Below are positions 9,164 through 24,189 of a DNA stretch of 64,000 nt, piece by piece; the first letter of the stretch is position 1, and every line of letters begins with the position of its first letter. A model generated the notes under the pieces. The model was given only the letters and a program-made list of their open reading frames with translations. It was not told where the DNA came from and ran no database searches. Source of the stretch: Chrysomallon squamiferum (lineage: Eukaryota > Animalia > Mollusca); NCBI GenBank assembly GCA_012295275.1, contig CM022677.1, forward strand, positions 14,818,001 to 14,882,000, written 5' to 3'. A program made the position numbers and the translations under genes.

Positions 9164-12032
9164 TATGAAAAATAGAAGAAAACTTAAATGATATTCCATT
9201 ATGTATACAGTTATCACATTTATTTTGTAAAACGAGTGCAGTTTACACTATGAATCATATAACATAACATAATTATAAACAAGCAAAAATAAGGTGATAT
9301 TTTAAATTAAGGATACCGCTATTTTCACGAATAAATTATATAACATTACATAATTATAAACAAGCAAAAATAAGGTGTCAGTTTTACTTAAGGATAACGC
9401 TATTTGCACTGTTCGTTTTACCACTGAGTTATAAAAATAAATTTTAAAAACGTGTGCACTTTTGTGTAGTAGTTTACACGGGATTTTCGTTACATTGTGT
9501 TACACAGAACATTCACAGTTAGAGAGTAGCGGTGACACCAACCGTGTAAATTGTAAGAGAAGTCCGCCGATATCTTGAATAACTATGAATATCCTTCCAG
9601 ATTAGCTACCATTTTTTCTTAGTTTAGAAAAAAGTGTCTGCACTACATGTCTAATTATAAATATGTTTTGTGCTATAATAAAATATATATATATATAGAT
9701 ATGTCTCTAAAAAAATAATAACATTGTCTTAAAAACACTACGTTATTTTTTCTGAGTAAATAATTATTCTGACCTGATGTAGTAAACACAACATAAATTA
9801 CGTTGAGAAATATCACATTAATATCACAGTTGCTAATGAATTAACATTTTTATCTGGTTGCGATATTTTATTCCTGAATATTCACTGTACTTCTCAACTA
9901 GAAATATCAAGATGAATATCACTTCATATATAATAAATTACTTGCTAATATTTAACAGAGAAACCCCAGCTTTTCAATACACACCTGTCTACAAAAAGAA
10001 AATCAATATTTAATTATCATTTGAGATGCAACTAAAAACCAATGCTGATTTTGATAGTAACAGAGCAATTAGGTATTTGGAAACCCTCTTTATTTCTAAA
10101 TTTCTCAACTATCCTTCGTGAATGAGATGATATTCAGTTAGTTATACGACAAAACACTGATAATTACAGGTATGATTTCACTGTGAACATTCAGAAATAT
10201 AGATAGAACTTCGGTGTTGTAATTTTTTAAAATAATAGTAGCTTTGTATGTGACTCAAAAATATATCGAGAAATAAAGAGGGCGCATCTAGTGTAACATT
10301 TTATAAACACTAGAAACATGTTTCACTGAAAAACCACACAGCAGAACATTGTGCTAACTTCAGATACCGCTTTGAAATGTCCATTTTATTAAACGTGATG
10401 TGATATTTTACTTTGCTAATTCTACATCGTATAACAGGTGTAATTTTACTGTACGTGGAACTTAAATATTATGTACACTACAGAAAATACTGACAACTAT
10501 AGTTAATTAGACATTACTGACAGTTATAAATAATTCTGCATGGCGTTGTGAAAATAAGCGGTTTAATTACTTATAAAAAGAAAAAGATGAGAATTAATTA
10601 TGAGCAGTGATATTTAGTTTGTTGGTTAAGTATGTTGACGAATTGTTAATCTCATATTTTATTAATTATAGTTTGTTACATCAGGTTATACTGAAAAATA
10701 TCAGAATCATAATAGTGTGTACTGATTAGCTGAGAACAAGCAAGGTTAACATGTCATTTTATTATGCGAATTTTAATTTTTTCATTACATTCATTAAAAG
10801 GTGTACATCAGCGCAAGTTGTATAGTGTAATATTCTTTACATTTCTTATTATACCTGAAGTTCTCTTACATTAGATATTAATATAACCGCTCCACCAGTA
10901 AGTATCAATGAGTCAGTGAAGCAGACACCATATTTGTCAACAGCTAAATAACAACAGTAATAATAACACTTTAATATTTTTATTTTTTATTTTGTTTTTA
11001 TTTTTCTGTAAAAACGGAAGCTTCCTATATATGTTTGACGCTATTCTCTTAGTTTCATTAGAACTGTTCTGAGTGCGGATATAAAAATTACTTCGAACTT
11101 TTTATTAGGCCTCGTAAAGTTATCAGAGAAATCATATTTATTCTTAATGTATTGTTTCTGTCGAGATAAAAATTAAATACTTCTTTTTAAAAAAATATAT
11201 AATAATGATAATAATAATAATTAATTGGTTCATTTATAATATAATTACATGAGAAATCGTGAACTTTTATAAAACCACATTTAACTAAAAATATCGCTGT
11301 TTACACTGATAATGTTACCCATCGATAACAAAATAAGACGCAAGTTTTATAACGTCTGTATTATTTATATGAGACATTAAAATTACATTAATTAGAGATT
11401 ATCAGTTATATTATTGAATAAACATGGAATTTCATTCGAGATTAACTTACTTTTCTCAGTGTTTAAAAAAAAATCTGATATATTCTTAATTTGGGGGAAA
11501 ACAAAAATAATATTAATATTAATAATAAAAGTTCTGGTAGAGATGTTTATTGCATTCGTAACAGTTCATTCAAATTTATCTTAAAAATGCATTAATAATG
11601 AAAAACAAGGCAGCAATAGAAAATATAAAACAAATATATTTATTTTAATAAATATCAACATTATTAATTATAACATCTAAACAACAAGTGTAAGTTAAAT
11701 AGATATTTCTCTGTACAGAAGACAGCAGGTACAGATCTAGGGTGTGCTGTGTTAACATATTTGTGTGATGAGAAAATATCACAAATGTTCTCTTACTCGT
11801 CTACCATATAACACTTTCCATTTATTTTTTTATCACACACACTGCCTGAAATAAAAAATAAACAGTTACCAAGTAAAATTTCTCAAAACAGATTGTCATA
11901 GAATTTTATAGTATTTTAAAAGAATGAGAAAGAGAGAGACAAAGATGAAGCCGGCAAGAAAGATATAATGAGAGAGAGAAAAAAATAATAAGGAAGATGA
12001 TCAAAATAAAATAAAATAGGAGTGAAATATTG

Positions 12033-12082
<50 letters not shown>

Positions 12083-12120
12083 TATACAAACATGGATTTG
12101 CACACATTTTTTACCATACT
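8986..12120 (+). repeat. Segmental duplication copy A (paralog at about 30247-33140)
   Basis: Collinear shared blocks, e.g. ggcgcaaYattaacgtc...gggaaatacagagcgta (8986/30247), atcacagttgctaatgaa...ggttgcgatattttattcctg (about 9822/31218), tttgacgctattct (about 11034/31455) and attgcattcgtaacagttcattc (about 11549/32335). Confidence 0.88.
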
Positions 12121-12337
12121 CTTATTAGCTTCACAAAGTGTACTTATCATTCCAGTTTTATTTTGTAATTTGACCTTTTTTGTTTTAATCAAAACCCCAA
12201 CATGTAGTTAAAAAAGAAATACCCCCAAAATATATATATTTACAAACATCAGAAATAAACCTGTTTTAGTAGAACCAATTAATACTATTTATTTATTCAT
12301 TCATTTATTTGCTAGTTTGTTATAATCAGTGTAAGTA

Positions 12338-12375
<38 letters not shown>

Positions 12376-13761
12376 GAGCAACTGACCATGGGTAGTAACT
12401 TTTCATACCATAAGGGAAATAACTCTTTAGATAAAACTTGTGCAAATTAATCTTAAATTGTTAAAACATATGAAATAATGAAAGAAAGCAAATGCATTTC
12501 CCACCCAAATTAGAAACAAAATCAATAATAATAAACACCCTGAACACAATTTCATACCTGTTTTATATTTACCAAGAAACATTAACAAAAATCAAATTCA
12601 ACAGCAAAATTGTAAAAAATATAAAAATTAATTAATTAAAAATGGCTACAAAAAACATTATGCTGATACTGTCAAATTACATGTGCATTATAAACAAATA
12701 ACAAAAATAATGTAAAATGAGACTATAATTTAACTACATTTGTCACTTATTTATTTATTTATGTTTTTACCTGTTTTAAATTGTAACATTGGATACTTAA
12801 TTACTTTATTTAAAAGGAGCTAGTATCAAAAATTAATCTAGAAATCTTTTTTTTTTTTTTAAAGTCTGCTAAATAAATTAATTTGATGCTTTATTTGCTG
12901 AGTTTATTTTCTATTTTGTGCACACATATGCAGGCCTGCACTCACATACACACATCCAAGACACAAAACAAACACAGAAAATAACACACATACAAACATT
13001 ACAATACTCACATAACAGAAAATACACAAACACAGCCACACACACACCCACACACAGACTCACATTCACTTAGGCAAAACCCACACATACACACAAACAG
13101 ACATACCAACATACATACTGACTTACATACCCACATACAGTGCAGAACACAAATTTAATAAATAATAACTGATAATATCAAAAACACTTCTTATAAAAAA
13201 CACTTCCATGAAATCAAAGATAAAGATCAGTTTGAAAACAAAAATCTAATAAAAAATATGATTTCCTTCATAAACGTTGGTCCTGTGTATTTTATCAGCA
13301 CATAAATATTAGTATCAGTGTGTGTGTAATTAACTGCATATTTTATCATGTAATTATGTGTATCAGAAAATGTTGATTAGAGCATTAAAAAAGCATACGA
13401 ACAGGATGGTAGAAAGTATTATTTTCTATATCAGAACACTGGATAGAGGCAACAATCATCAGTTAAGTTGTATGGTTGAAATTAACATTCTTTGTATCAG
13501 AAATTTTCTATAGAGCATTTTTAAAATCATTTTCTATGAAGCTGAATTGACATTGTCTATATCAGAAAATACAGAATGGCATAGAAAACTTAACCTCTAT
13601 AACCAGGGAAAAAACTGGATATATTATTAACAATACCACTTTATTATCAGACAAGCAGAACATAAGAAAATATGTCAGAAAATACTGAACATATTATTAA
13701 TAATATTAATTTATCCTCATACAAAAACTGGACAAGAGAAAACTATTCTCTCAGAATGTAC

Positions 13762-14980
13762 CTGATAGAACTGTAATTGAAAACAATTTTCTTTCATCAG
13801 ATAAGCTACACAATCACTGTCACCACATTCTACTTCAGTGTACACAGGGTGAGCTAATCTGTAAGTGTGACGTTTCCATGACTCCTCTGTGTTCTGCAGG
13901 ATTAGTTCATGATGAACTGAATCTTCATCCTCTTCTCCATTTCTTGTCTGAGAAAAACATTCCAATATTTAATATTAATGTAATTAGGTATTGGTTTGTA
14001 CAGTTTGTATTATTTATCTTTGTCAACCAGTAGCTGATATATTTTTCATTCTTAAACATTCATTCCTTTATTTATATAGTTTGAAAAAAAACAATGGCTA
14101 TCAAAAACTCACATTTATTTAAAGATAAGCTTTCATTCCTGTCCATTTTACAAAAAGAAATGACAAAATTTTATAAGCAGATGGTACCAATATATATAAT
14201 TACAAATGAAAGGACTTCTTTTTAAATTTTAAAATTTGTTTTATCAATTACCATTAATTGTTTTAACATCTTTTTTTATATGTGTTCCTTCTATCAAAGC
14301 AAAAACCAACTACTTTGTTAAATCAGATGTACAACAGACACAACTAGGTATCATAATTGTGCACATACACTTTGTGAACAGGGAAAGACAGTGAAAGAAA
14401 CAAAGGAAGTGAAAGAGAAAATCAGAGATGCTAAGAGAAAATTGGAGATAGTGAGAGAGACTATGACATCATCACTATACCTGACTTTTATCTCCAGTTC
14501 TGTACTTTTAACATCATCAACTTTTATGTTAATTCTTGACATTATGAATGACTGTCTAAATATCTTAGCCTAGATAACAAAAAACACATTTTTTTAATTT
14601 TTCATAATAATCATTGTTAGTGTTAAACAACAAGGTTACAGTTGGGAGAAATATTTACAGTAAAAATTGCTGAAACAGATATTTACAGATTATATGATTA
14701 GACATACATACAGATAGACAGACACATAGGTACATATATAGATAAACAAACAGACTAAGTAACATAAAGTCAGAGACTTACATACTGACAGAAAGCTAGA
14801 AAATTAGACAAATATAAAACAAATACAGAGGTACATAGATATATTTATTTAGAAAGTAAGTTTATTTAGAGACTGGTAGATATTGGTTAGATAGGTAGGT
14901 TGATGATGTAGACCAACAGACAGACAGACAGTTTATTGTAGACCTACACTGGTAAATAGATATATAGTTACTAGGCAGAT

Positions 14981-15014
<34 letters not shown>

Positions 15015-15957
15015 CACACAGAAAGAGTGAGAGGCTGACATATTGGGAGTAGCAGGTAAATCAAATGACATTTATATATAATTAATCAAACATTGATGAT
15101 TTAAATGGAATACCTCTACTCTGTTGAAGTAATCTATAGCCTTGTCTACAGATACAGAATCAGACATCAGTTTCCATTCTATTCCACTGTTTGATCAAAT
15201 AACTGGATGCAGAAAAATTCAAGCAGTAGCAGTAATGGTAGCAGTAGTACCTGATTATATGTGAGAAGGAAATATCTTGTTCTTTACATTAAAAAGAAAG
15301 GTAAGTTTCAGAAATTAATGTAAAAGTTGATATTAAAACTGGATACAAAAGTTGAGATATACATGTTAAGTAATGAGAAATGTTATTTCATGTTAATCAT
15401 TTCATATTTATTAATTTCTCTCCTCCTCTTTCTCACACACACAAACACACACACACAAACACACACACACACAAACACACACACAAACACACACACACAC
15501 ACTACATTAATAACTATTTTCTTGTTCTTTTATTTCTAAATACATACATAGCTTCATATAGATTCAAAATACATTCATATGTGTGTGTGTATTTGTTATA
15601 ATAATAACTTTTTAAAAATATTTATCCAAAAATTACACACACACACACGCACACACACATACACACACACATGAAAAAACAAAAATCTTCAAAAACAGAA
15701 TACAGCACATACATATACTTTGGCTGGACAGCACTTCATATTACCCAGCATTCCTAGAGGAAGATAAATAAATAAATAAATGATATGATAAATTTCAATA
15801 AATGTGAACCATATAAATGTTAAAATAAAAACTAACCATAACTGTTTACCAGGATGTCCTCCAAGTGCTGTCAGTTAAATCAGGAAGCTGTGTGCAACTA
15901 AAGGGAGACAACTACAAGATGATTCAATTTTCTCCCCTGACTTCTTGACAGTGAAAC
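13762..15957 (-). other. Candidate spliced transcription unit (exon-like blocks 15957-15850, 15202-15114, 14569-14481, 13947-13762)
   Basis: Each block is less AT-rich than its flanks and is bounded by a pyrimidine-AG acceptor and a GT donor on the minus strand. No protein family recognised. Confidence 0.35.
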
Positions 15958-16845
15958 CTTAAAATTAATTAAGTTTAATGTCACGTAATGTTTTTAACAA
16001 ATGATTGGTAACTATTTAAAATACACTAATAGTAACAAACAAGTTATCAGAATAATACTGGTTCTAAAAAATCACTAATAATAGTAATTTTCAGAAAACA
16101 AAATATATTGATAGTCTATCAACAATACAAGTTTACAACTTCATTATTGTTCAGGTCTGCTTGGCATATCACTGGCAAACACTAGCAATATGACATCTCA
16201 ACGGAATCACGTTTTGAATTAGAAAGAACATCTGCACTAGTAACAAAAATGTATACTGAAATACTAATTATCTGAGATTACTAGGTAACTTGTTTTATTA
16301 AAACAATGAATACTGTTGAGAATAATGTAGGAATATTGTTATGTGCAGTTTTGTATCTCTTAAGTGCTGTAACTAGTGTAGTTCTGACCTCAGATCATTT
16401 GAAAAAGCGAATACGAAAAAACCAGTGAAAAAGAAAAACATCTGATCACAACTGAATAACAAACATGAAGAAGAAACATAATACTGCCAACAATTATAAC
16501 TAGCCTGTAAAAAAATAATAACAATAATAATAATAAAAAAAAGACTCTAATTCTTTAAATAACCATGAGCAGGATAACAAAATTAAAATGATAAAAGAAA
16601 GAGACTGAAGAACTAAAAGAAATAATATAGTATATTTTAAGTGATGTCAGGAAAAAAAAGTAAATAACAAATAATAGTAACATAAAAGAATAAGCAGAAA
16701 CTAGGAAATGAAAAATAAGAAACAAAAAGAATGAAGAAGAAAATTAACAAGAATATGGATGGTCAGTACATTCCAAAAAAAAAATAATAATAATAATAAT
16801 CATAATAATAATAATAATAAATACAAATTTAAAAAATAAAATAAT

Positions 16846-17015
16846 AATAATAAATAAATAATCAAAAATATTAAAATAAAAACTAAGAATTTAAAATATG
16901 AAGAAACAAAAAGAAAGAAGAATAAGAACTACAAAGAGAAACTCGGAGACTGAAAAATAATAAGTAAATTGTAATATAAAATCTTGCAAAAATAACTGAA
17001 AATAAGTAGATTCAA

Positions 17016-17047
<32 letters not shown>

Positions 17048-17226
17048 CTTTTTTTTTTTTTAAATAATAAATAAATAATCAAAAATATTAAAATAAAAAC
17101 TAAGAATTTAAAATATGAAGAAACAAAAAGAAAGAAGAATAAGAACTACAAAAAGAAACTCGGAGACTGAAAAATAATAAGTAAATTGTAATATTATAAA
17201 ATCTTGCAAAAATACCTGAAAATAAA
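16846..17226. repeat. Tandem duplication, period 217 bp
   Basis: atcaaaaatattaaaataaaaactaagaatttaaaatatgaagaaac...gaaactcggagactg occurs at 16861 and 17078. Confidence 0.9.
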
Positions 17227-18437
17227 TACAGAAAGAGGAACACAAAAGAAAAAGAAGATTATGAAGAAACTACCATATAGAAAAATAACAAGAAACAATA
17301 ATCATGGTAAACAGGTTAAAAATAAATAATCAAATAACTTTAAAGAAAACACAAACATTAAAACAAATAAAAACAATATGAATAAATATGAATAAACACA
17401 GGAATAAGAAGAAACAAGAATAATAAAACAGAAGAAGACAGAAGAATTAAGATACCACACACACATGCTGCACAAACAATGAAAATAATTTATTTTTATC
17501 AATCTTGATTTAAATCATTTTGTAAAGAAAGATTTATTCGGGATCATTTGTTATTTTCAGGCTGCTAAAACTGTTGCATATTATGACATCTAAAATAATA
17601 TTATGATGCTTGCCGAAGGATGAAGTTAATGTCTTTATATCGCTTCATCTCAGAATTTTGTTTATACATGGTAGACTTTTTTGATAGTGTAAATGATGTA
17701 ATCGAGACCTGTTTTCAACTCACATGTGACTTTGCATCTGCTAGAAAAAATTTAAATAATAAAATCAGACGGTTCAATAAGAACTATTCATTTATTAAAA
17801 TTATACAACACCAAAACAGATGAAGATGCACTACAGAGCACTCAATAATGTAAATAAAATCTCTTAAATTCTAACAGAAATACAAATAAGCTTCTCTTTT
17901 TTCTTCTTCTTTTTTTAGCACTGAAAGAATTTATTGAATTTTAAATTTTTATTTATTTATTTTCAGTATTACTTTTTTCAATCACAAAATAAAAACAAAA
18001 TATTTCTTGTTCTTTTTTAATTAACATTTTTCTTCTTTCTGTTTTGTTTCTTTCTTTCTTACTTAATATTATAAGTTTATACTAAATATTCCTTAATTAG
18101 GACTATTATTATTATTATTATTATTAGTAGTAGTAGTAGTAATAGTATTTCTTTTTCCAAAATAAAAAAAAGAGTAAGTTTGTTGAGTGAGAATAATAAA
18201 ATAATAATTATTATTTAAAATCTGTACTGAAATATATTTAATTTGCATTTTTACCAACAATAGCAAAAATGAAAATGTATAAAAATATGTATAATGAATG
18301 TGAAAATTAACCCTGAACAATGTGCATATTTTCTTTTCAACAATGGAATATATCTATATATTCATTTAAAAAATCCACTTTCATTCTGAAAATGAACAAT
18401 AAAAATGTATGTAGGTAGGTCACTGTGTCATGATATG

Positions 18438-18443
<6 letters not shown>

Positions 18444-18502
<59 letters not shown>
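18444..18502. repeat. (AG)n microsatellite
   Basis: Direct reading. Confidence 0.97.
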
Positions 18503-18506
<4 letters not shown>

Positions 18507-19204
18507 GTGATGAGAGTGTACTTTTTTATGGGTTATAAATGGACAGACAAACAGAAAGATACATATGGATTTTGAAAGTTGTTATGCATGCAGGAGATGA
18601 GTGAGACAGAGAGACTCAGAGGTAGAGAGAGTTTGATAGATTAAATGAAGCTGAATAAAGTCATAAAAAATAAATATTATCTGTGAATATCATGCAGTTC
18701 ATCAGCTAGTTTATGTATATTATTCTAACACAAAACAAAACTGCAGTGATTAAAATGCTGAAGTGTTATCTTGATGTGAACTTGACTTTTATCACCTACA
18801 AATCTATGTTTATTAAAGTTAACAGATTTGAATCCTGAACGAGGAAGTGATCCAGCTGATTAAAAAAAATAATAATTGAACAAAATAATGCAGACACTGC
18901 AACAGTAACACTGAAACTAATCATTTCATATATATAAAGTTTTATCTGGTAGGAAACAGAGTTGTAAGGATTTACATCTGCTTCTTCCTGATCAATGGCA
19001 GTTTATAACATAATTACCACCAACTTGATGGCTGTGCATTTGGAAGGTACAGTTTTCAGGAATATCGAGGAATAATTGAAGATAGCTTGGGTTTCAAGAT
19101 CTCCATAGATGACAAAAGACAAATTACACACAGACAAGAGAAATCCCCAAAACACAAAACAACAGTGAACAAAAGAAACACCAAACAGTACCAACCATTT
19201 ACAC

Positions 19205-22200
19205 ACTCTTCACAACAAGCAGACAATAACACAGACCTCTCCACTCTTCACAACAAACACACAATAACACACACCTCTCCACTCTTTACAACAAGCACAC
19301 AATAACACAGACCTCTCCACTCTTCACAACAAGCACACACAAAACACAGGTCTCTCACTTCACAACAAGCAGACAATAACACAGACCTCTCCACTCTTCA
19401 CAACAAACACACAATAACACAGACCTCTCCACTCTTCACAACAAGCACACAATAACACAGACCTCTCCACTCTTCACAACAAGCACACAATAACACAGAC
19501 CTCTCCACTCTTCACAACAAGCACACATACCTCTCCACTCTTCACAACAAGCACACAATAACACAGACCTCTCCACTCTTCACAACAAGCACACAATAAC
19601 ACAGACCTCTCCACTCTTCACAACAAGCACACAATAACACAGGTCTCTCCACTCTTCACAACAAGCACACAATAACACAGGTCTCTCCACTCTTCACAAC
19701 AAGCACAATAACACAGGTCTCTCCACTCTTCACAACAAGCACACAATAACACAGGTCCTCTCACTCTTCACAACAAGCACACAATAACACAGACCTCTCC
19801 ACTCTTCACAACAAGCACACAATAACACAGACCTCTCAACTCTTCACAACAAGCACACAATAACACAGACCTCTCTCCACTCTTCACAACAAGAACACAG
19901 GCCTCTCCACTCTTCACAACAAGCAAACAATAACACAGACCTCTCAACTCTTCACAACAAGCACACAATAACACAGGTCTCTCCACTCTTCACAACAAGC
20001 ACACAATAACACAGACCTCTCCACTCTTCACAACAAGCACACACACAGGTCTCTCACACAGACCTCTCCACTCTTCACAACAAGCACACAATAACACAGA
20101 CACAGACCTCTCCACTCTTCACAACAAGCACACAATAACACAGACCTCTCCACTCTTCTTCACAACAAGCACACAATAACACAGACCTCTCTCCACTCTT
20201 CACAACAAGCACACAATAACACAGACCTCCACTCTTCACAACAAGCACACAAATAACACAGACCTCTCCACTCTTCACAACAAAGCACACAATAACACAG
20301 ACCTCTCCACTCTTCACAACAAGCACACAAATAACACAGACAAGCTCTTCACACAAGAACACAGACCTCTCCACTCTTCACAACAAGCACACAATAACAC
20401 AGACCTCTCCACTCTTCACAACAAGCACACAATAACACAGACCTCTCAACTCTTCACAAACAAGCACACAATAACACAGACCTCTCAACTCTTCACTCTT
20501 CACAACAAGACCTCTCAAATCAAACACAATAACACAGACCTCTCCACTCTTCACAACAAGCACACAATAACACAGACCTCTCCACTCTTCACAACAAGCA
20601 CACAATAACACAGGTCTCTCCACTCTTCACAACAAGCACACAATAACACAGACCTCTCACTCTTCACAACAAGCACACAATAACACAGACCTCTCAACTC
20701 TTCACAACAAGCACACAATAACACAGACCTCTCCTCACTCTCTTCACAACAAGTACACAATAACACAGACCTCTCCACACAAGACCTCTCCACTCTTCAC
20801 AACAAGCACACAAATAACACAGACCTCTCCACTCTTCACAACAAGCACACAATAACACAGACCTCTCCACTCTTCACAACAACACAGGTCTCTCCACTCT
20901 TCACAACAAGTACACAATAACACAGGTCTCTCCACTCTTCACAACAGGTACACAATAACACAGACCTCTCCACTCTTCACAACAAGCACACAATAACACA
21001 GACCTCTCCACTCTTCACAACAAGCACACAATAACACAGACCTCTCCACTCTTCACAACAAGCACACAATAACACAGACCTCTCCACTCTTCACAACAAG
21101 CACACAATAACACAGACCTCTCCACTCTTCACAACAACAAGCACACAATAACACAGACCTCTCCACTCTTCACAACAAGCACACAATAACAACACAGACC
21201 TCTCCACTCTTCACAACAAGCACACAATAACACAGACCTCTCCACTCTTCACAACAAGCACACAATAACACAGGTCTCCACTCTTCACAACTCTTCAATA
21301 AACAAGACCTCTCCAATAACAACAAGCACACAATACCCTCTCTCCACTCTTCACAACAAGCACACAAATAACACAGACCTCTCCACTCTTCACACAACAA
21401 GGAACACAGACACTCCACTCTTTCACAACAAGCACACAATAACACAGACCTCTCCACTCTTCAACAACAAGCACACAAGGTCTCTCAACACAGACAACAA
21501 GCTCAATAACACAGGTCTTCTTCACAACAAGCACACAATAACACAGGTCTCTCCACTCTTCACAACAAGCACACAATAACACAGACCTCTCCACTCTTCA
21601 CAACAAGCACACAATAACACAGACCTCTCCACTCTTCAAACAAATAACACAACAACACAGACCTCTCCACTCTTCACAACAACAAGCACACAATAACACA
21701 GACCTCTCCACTCTTCACAACAAGCACACACAATAACACAGACCTCTCCACTCTTCACAACAAGCACACACAATAACACAGACCTCTCCACTCTTTCACA
21801 ACACAACAAGCACAACTTTCAACAAGACCTCTCACAGGTCTCTCCACTTCACAACAACAACACAATAACACAGACCTCTCCACTCTTCACAACAAGCACA
21901 CAACAACACAGACCTCTCCACTCTTCACAACAAGCACACAATAACACAGACCTCTCTCTCACTCTTTCACAACAAGCACACAATAACACAGGTCTCCTCT
22001 CACTTCACAACAAGCACACAATAACACAGACCTCTCCACTCTTCTCCACTCTTCAACAAGCACACAATAACACACAGACCTCTCCACTCTTCACAACAAG
22101 CACACAATAACACAGGTCTCTCCACTCTTCACAACAAGCACACAATAACACAACAACTCTCCAGACTTCTTCACAACAAGCACACAATTACACAGACCTC

Positions 22201-24100
22201 TCCACTCTTCACAACAAGACACACAACACAGACTCTCCACTCTTCACAACAAGCACACAATAACACAGGTCTCTCCACTCTTCACAACAAGCACACAATA
22301 ACACAGGTCTCTCCACTCTTCACAACAAGCACACAATAACACAGACCTCTCCACTCTTCACAACAAGCACACAATAACACAGACCTCTCCACTCTTCACA
22401 ACAAGCACACAATAACACAGGTCTCTCTTCTCTTCACAACAAGCACACAATAACACAGGTCTCTCCTCTTCACAACAAAGACACCTCTCCACTCTTTCAC
22501 AACAAGCACACAATAACACAGACCTCTCCACTCTTCACAACAAGCACACAATAACACAGGTCTCCACTCTTCACAACAAGCACACACAATAACACAGACC
22601 TCTCTCTCACAACTCTTCACAACAAGTCTCCATACAAATAACACAGACCTCTCCACTCTTCACAACAAGCACACAATAACACAGACCTCTCCACTCTTCA
22701 CAACAAGCACACAACAACACAGACCTCTCCACTCTTCACAACAACACAATAACACAGACCTCTCCACTCTTTCAACAAGCTCACAATAACACTCTCACTT
22801 CAACAACAAAATCACATGACCTCTCCACTCTAACAAGACACAACAACACACCTCTCCACTCTTCACAACAACAAGCACAATAACACAGACCTCTCAACTC
22901 TTCACAACAAACACACAATAACACAGACATCTCCTCTCAAACAACAAGATCACAATAACACAGACCTCTCCACAACAAAACAAGCACACAATAACACAGG
23001 TCTCCACTCTTCACAACAAGCACACACATAACACAGACCTCTCTTCAACAAGCACTTCACAACAAACAACAACAAATAACACAGGACCTCTCAACTCTTC
23101 ACAACAAGGACACAAAATACACAGACCTCTCAACTCTTCACAACAAGCACACAATAACACAGACAAAACTCTTCACAACAACACACAATAACACAGACCT
23201 CTCACTCTTCACAACAAGCAACAATAACACAGACCTCTCACTCTTCACAACAAGCACACAATAACACAGACCTCTCAACTCTTCACAACAACAAGCACAC
23301 AAATAACACAGACCTCTCCACTCTTCACAACAAGCACACAAAGAACACAGGTCTCTCCACTCTTCACAACAAACAACACAATAACACAGACCTCTCCACT
23401 CTTCACAACAAACAAGCACACAATAACACAGGTCCTCTCAACTCTTTCACAACAAACACAATAACAGATCAACCTCTCAAATTCACAACACACAAGACCT
23501 CACAACACTCTCTTCAACAACAAGAACACAGACTCTCCACAACAACAACACACAATAACACAGACCTCCACTCTTCAACAAGCACAACAAGCAACAACAA
23601 ACACAGAAACTCTCCTCTCTTCACAACAAGCACACAATAACAGACAGGTCTCACAACAAAACAACAAACACACACCTGGCCTCCACTCCACTCTTCACAA
23701 CAACAAACACACAACACTCTCTCAACTCAACACAACAACAACACAATAACTTCTCAACAAAAACAAAGTAAAACAACACAAACCTCTTCACAACAAGCAC
23801 ACAATAACACAGACCTCTCAACACTCTCACTTCAACAAACACACACAGACTCCTCACAAACAAACAACAACACAAACAATCTTCACAACTCAACACAACC
23901 TCTCCAAGAACAAGCAACAAAACACAGACCTCTCAGCTCTTCACAACAAACAAAAAAAACAACACAGACAGGTCCTCTCAGCTCACTTCACAAACACAAC
24001 ACAATAACACACAACACCACAACTTCTTCAACAAAAAGGGAGGTCCTCTCTAAAAACAAACACACAAAACACAAGGATCAACTCTTCAAACAACAAAAAC
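19205..24100 (+). repeat. 38-bp minisatellite array (CACAACAAGCACACAATAACACAGACCTCTCCACTCTT), increasingly degenerate to the right
   Basis: Period of 38 read directly (gacctc at 21001 and 21039). Variants include gacc/ggtc. Confidence 0.96.
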
Positions 24101-24189
24101 AACACAACACAATGAACACACAAGCCTCAAGCAACAACGTCAACAAAACCAATTTCAGGAAGAACATTCCAAGACACCACGTCCAAAAA

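Noticed and set aside
19205-24100. Regular 38-bp repeats as a CRISPR array, and the Cys/Val-rich ORFs on the minus strand
   Set aside because: The units are head-to-tail with no unique spacers, there are no cas genes and the context is eukaryotic. The ORFs are translations of the repeat.
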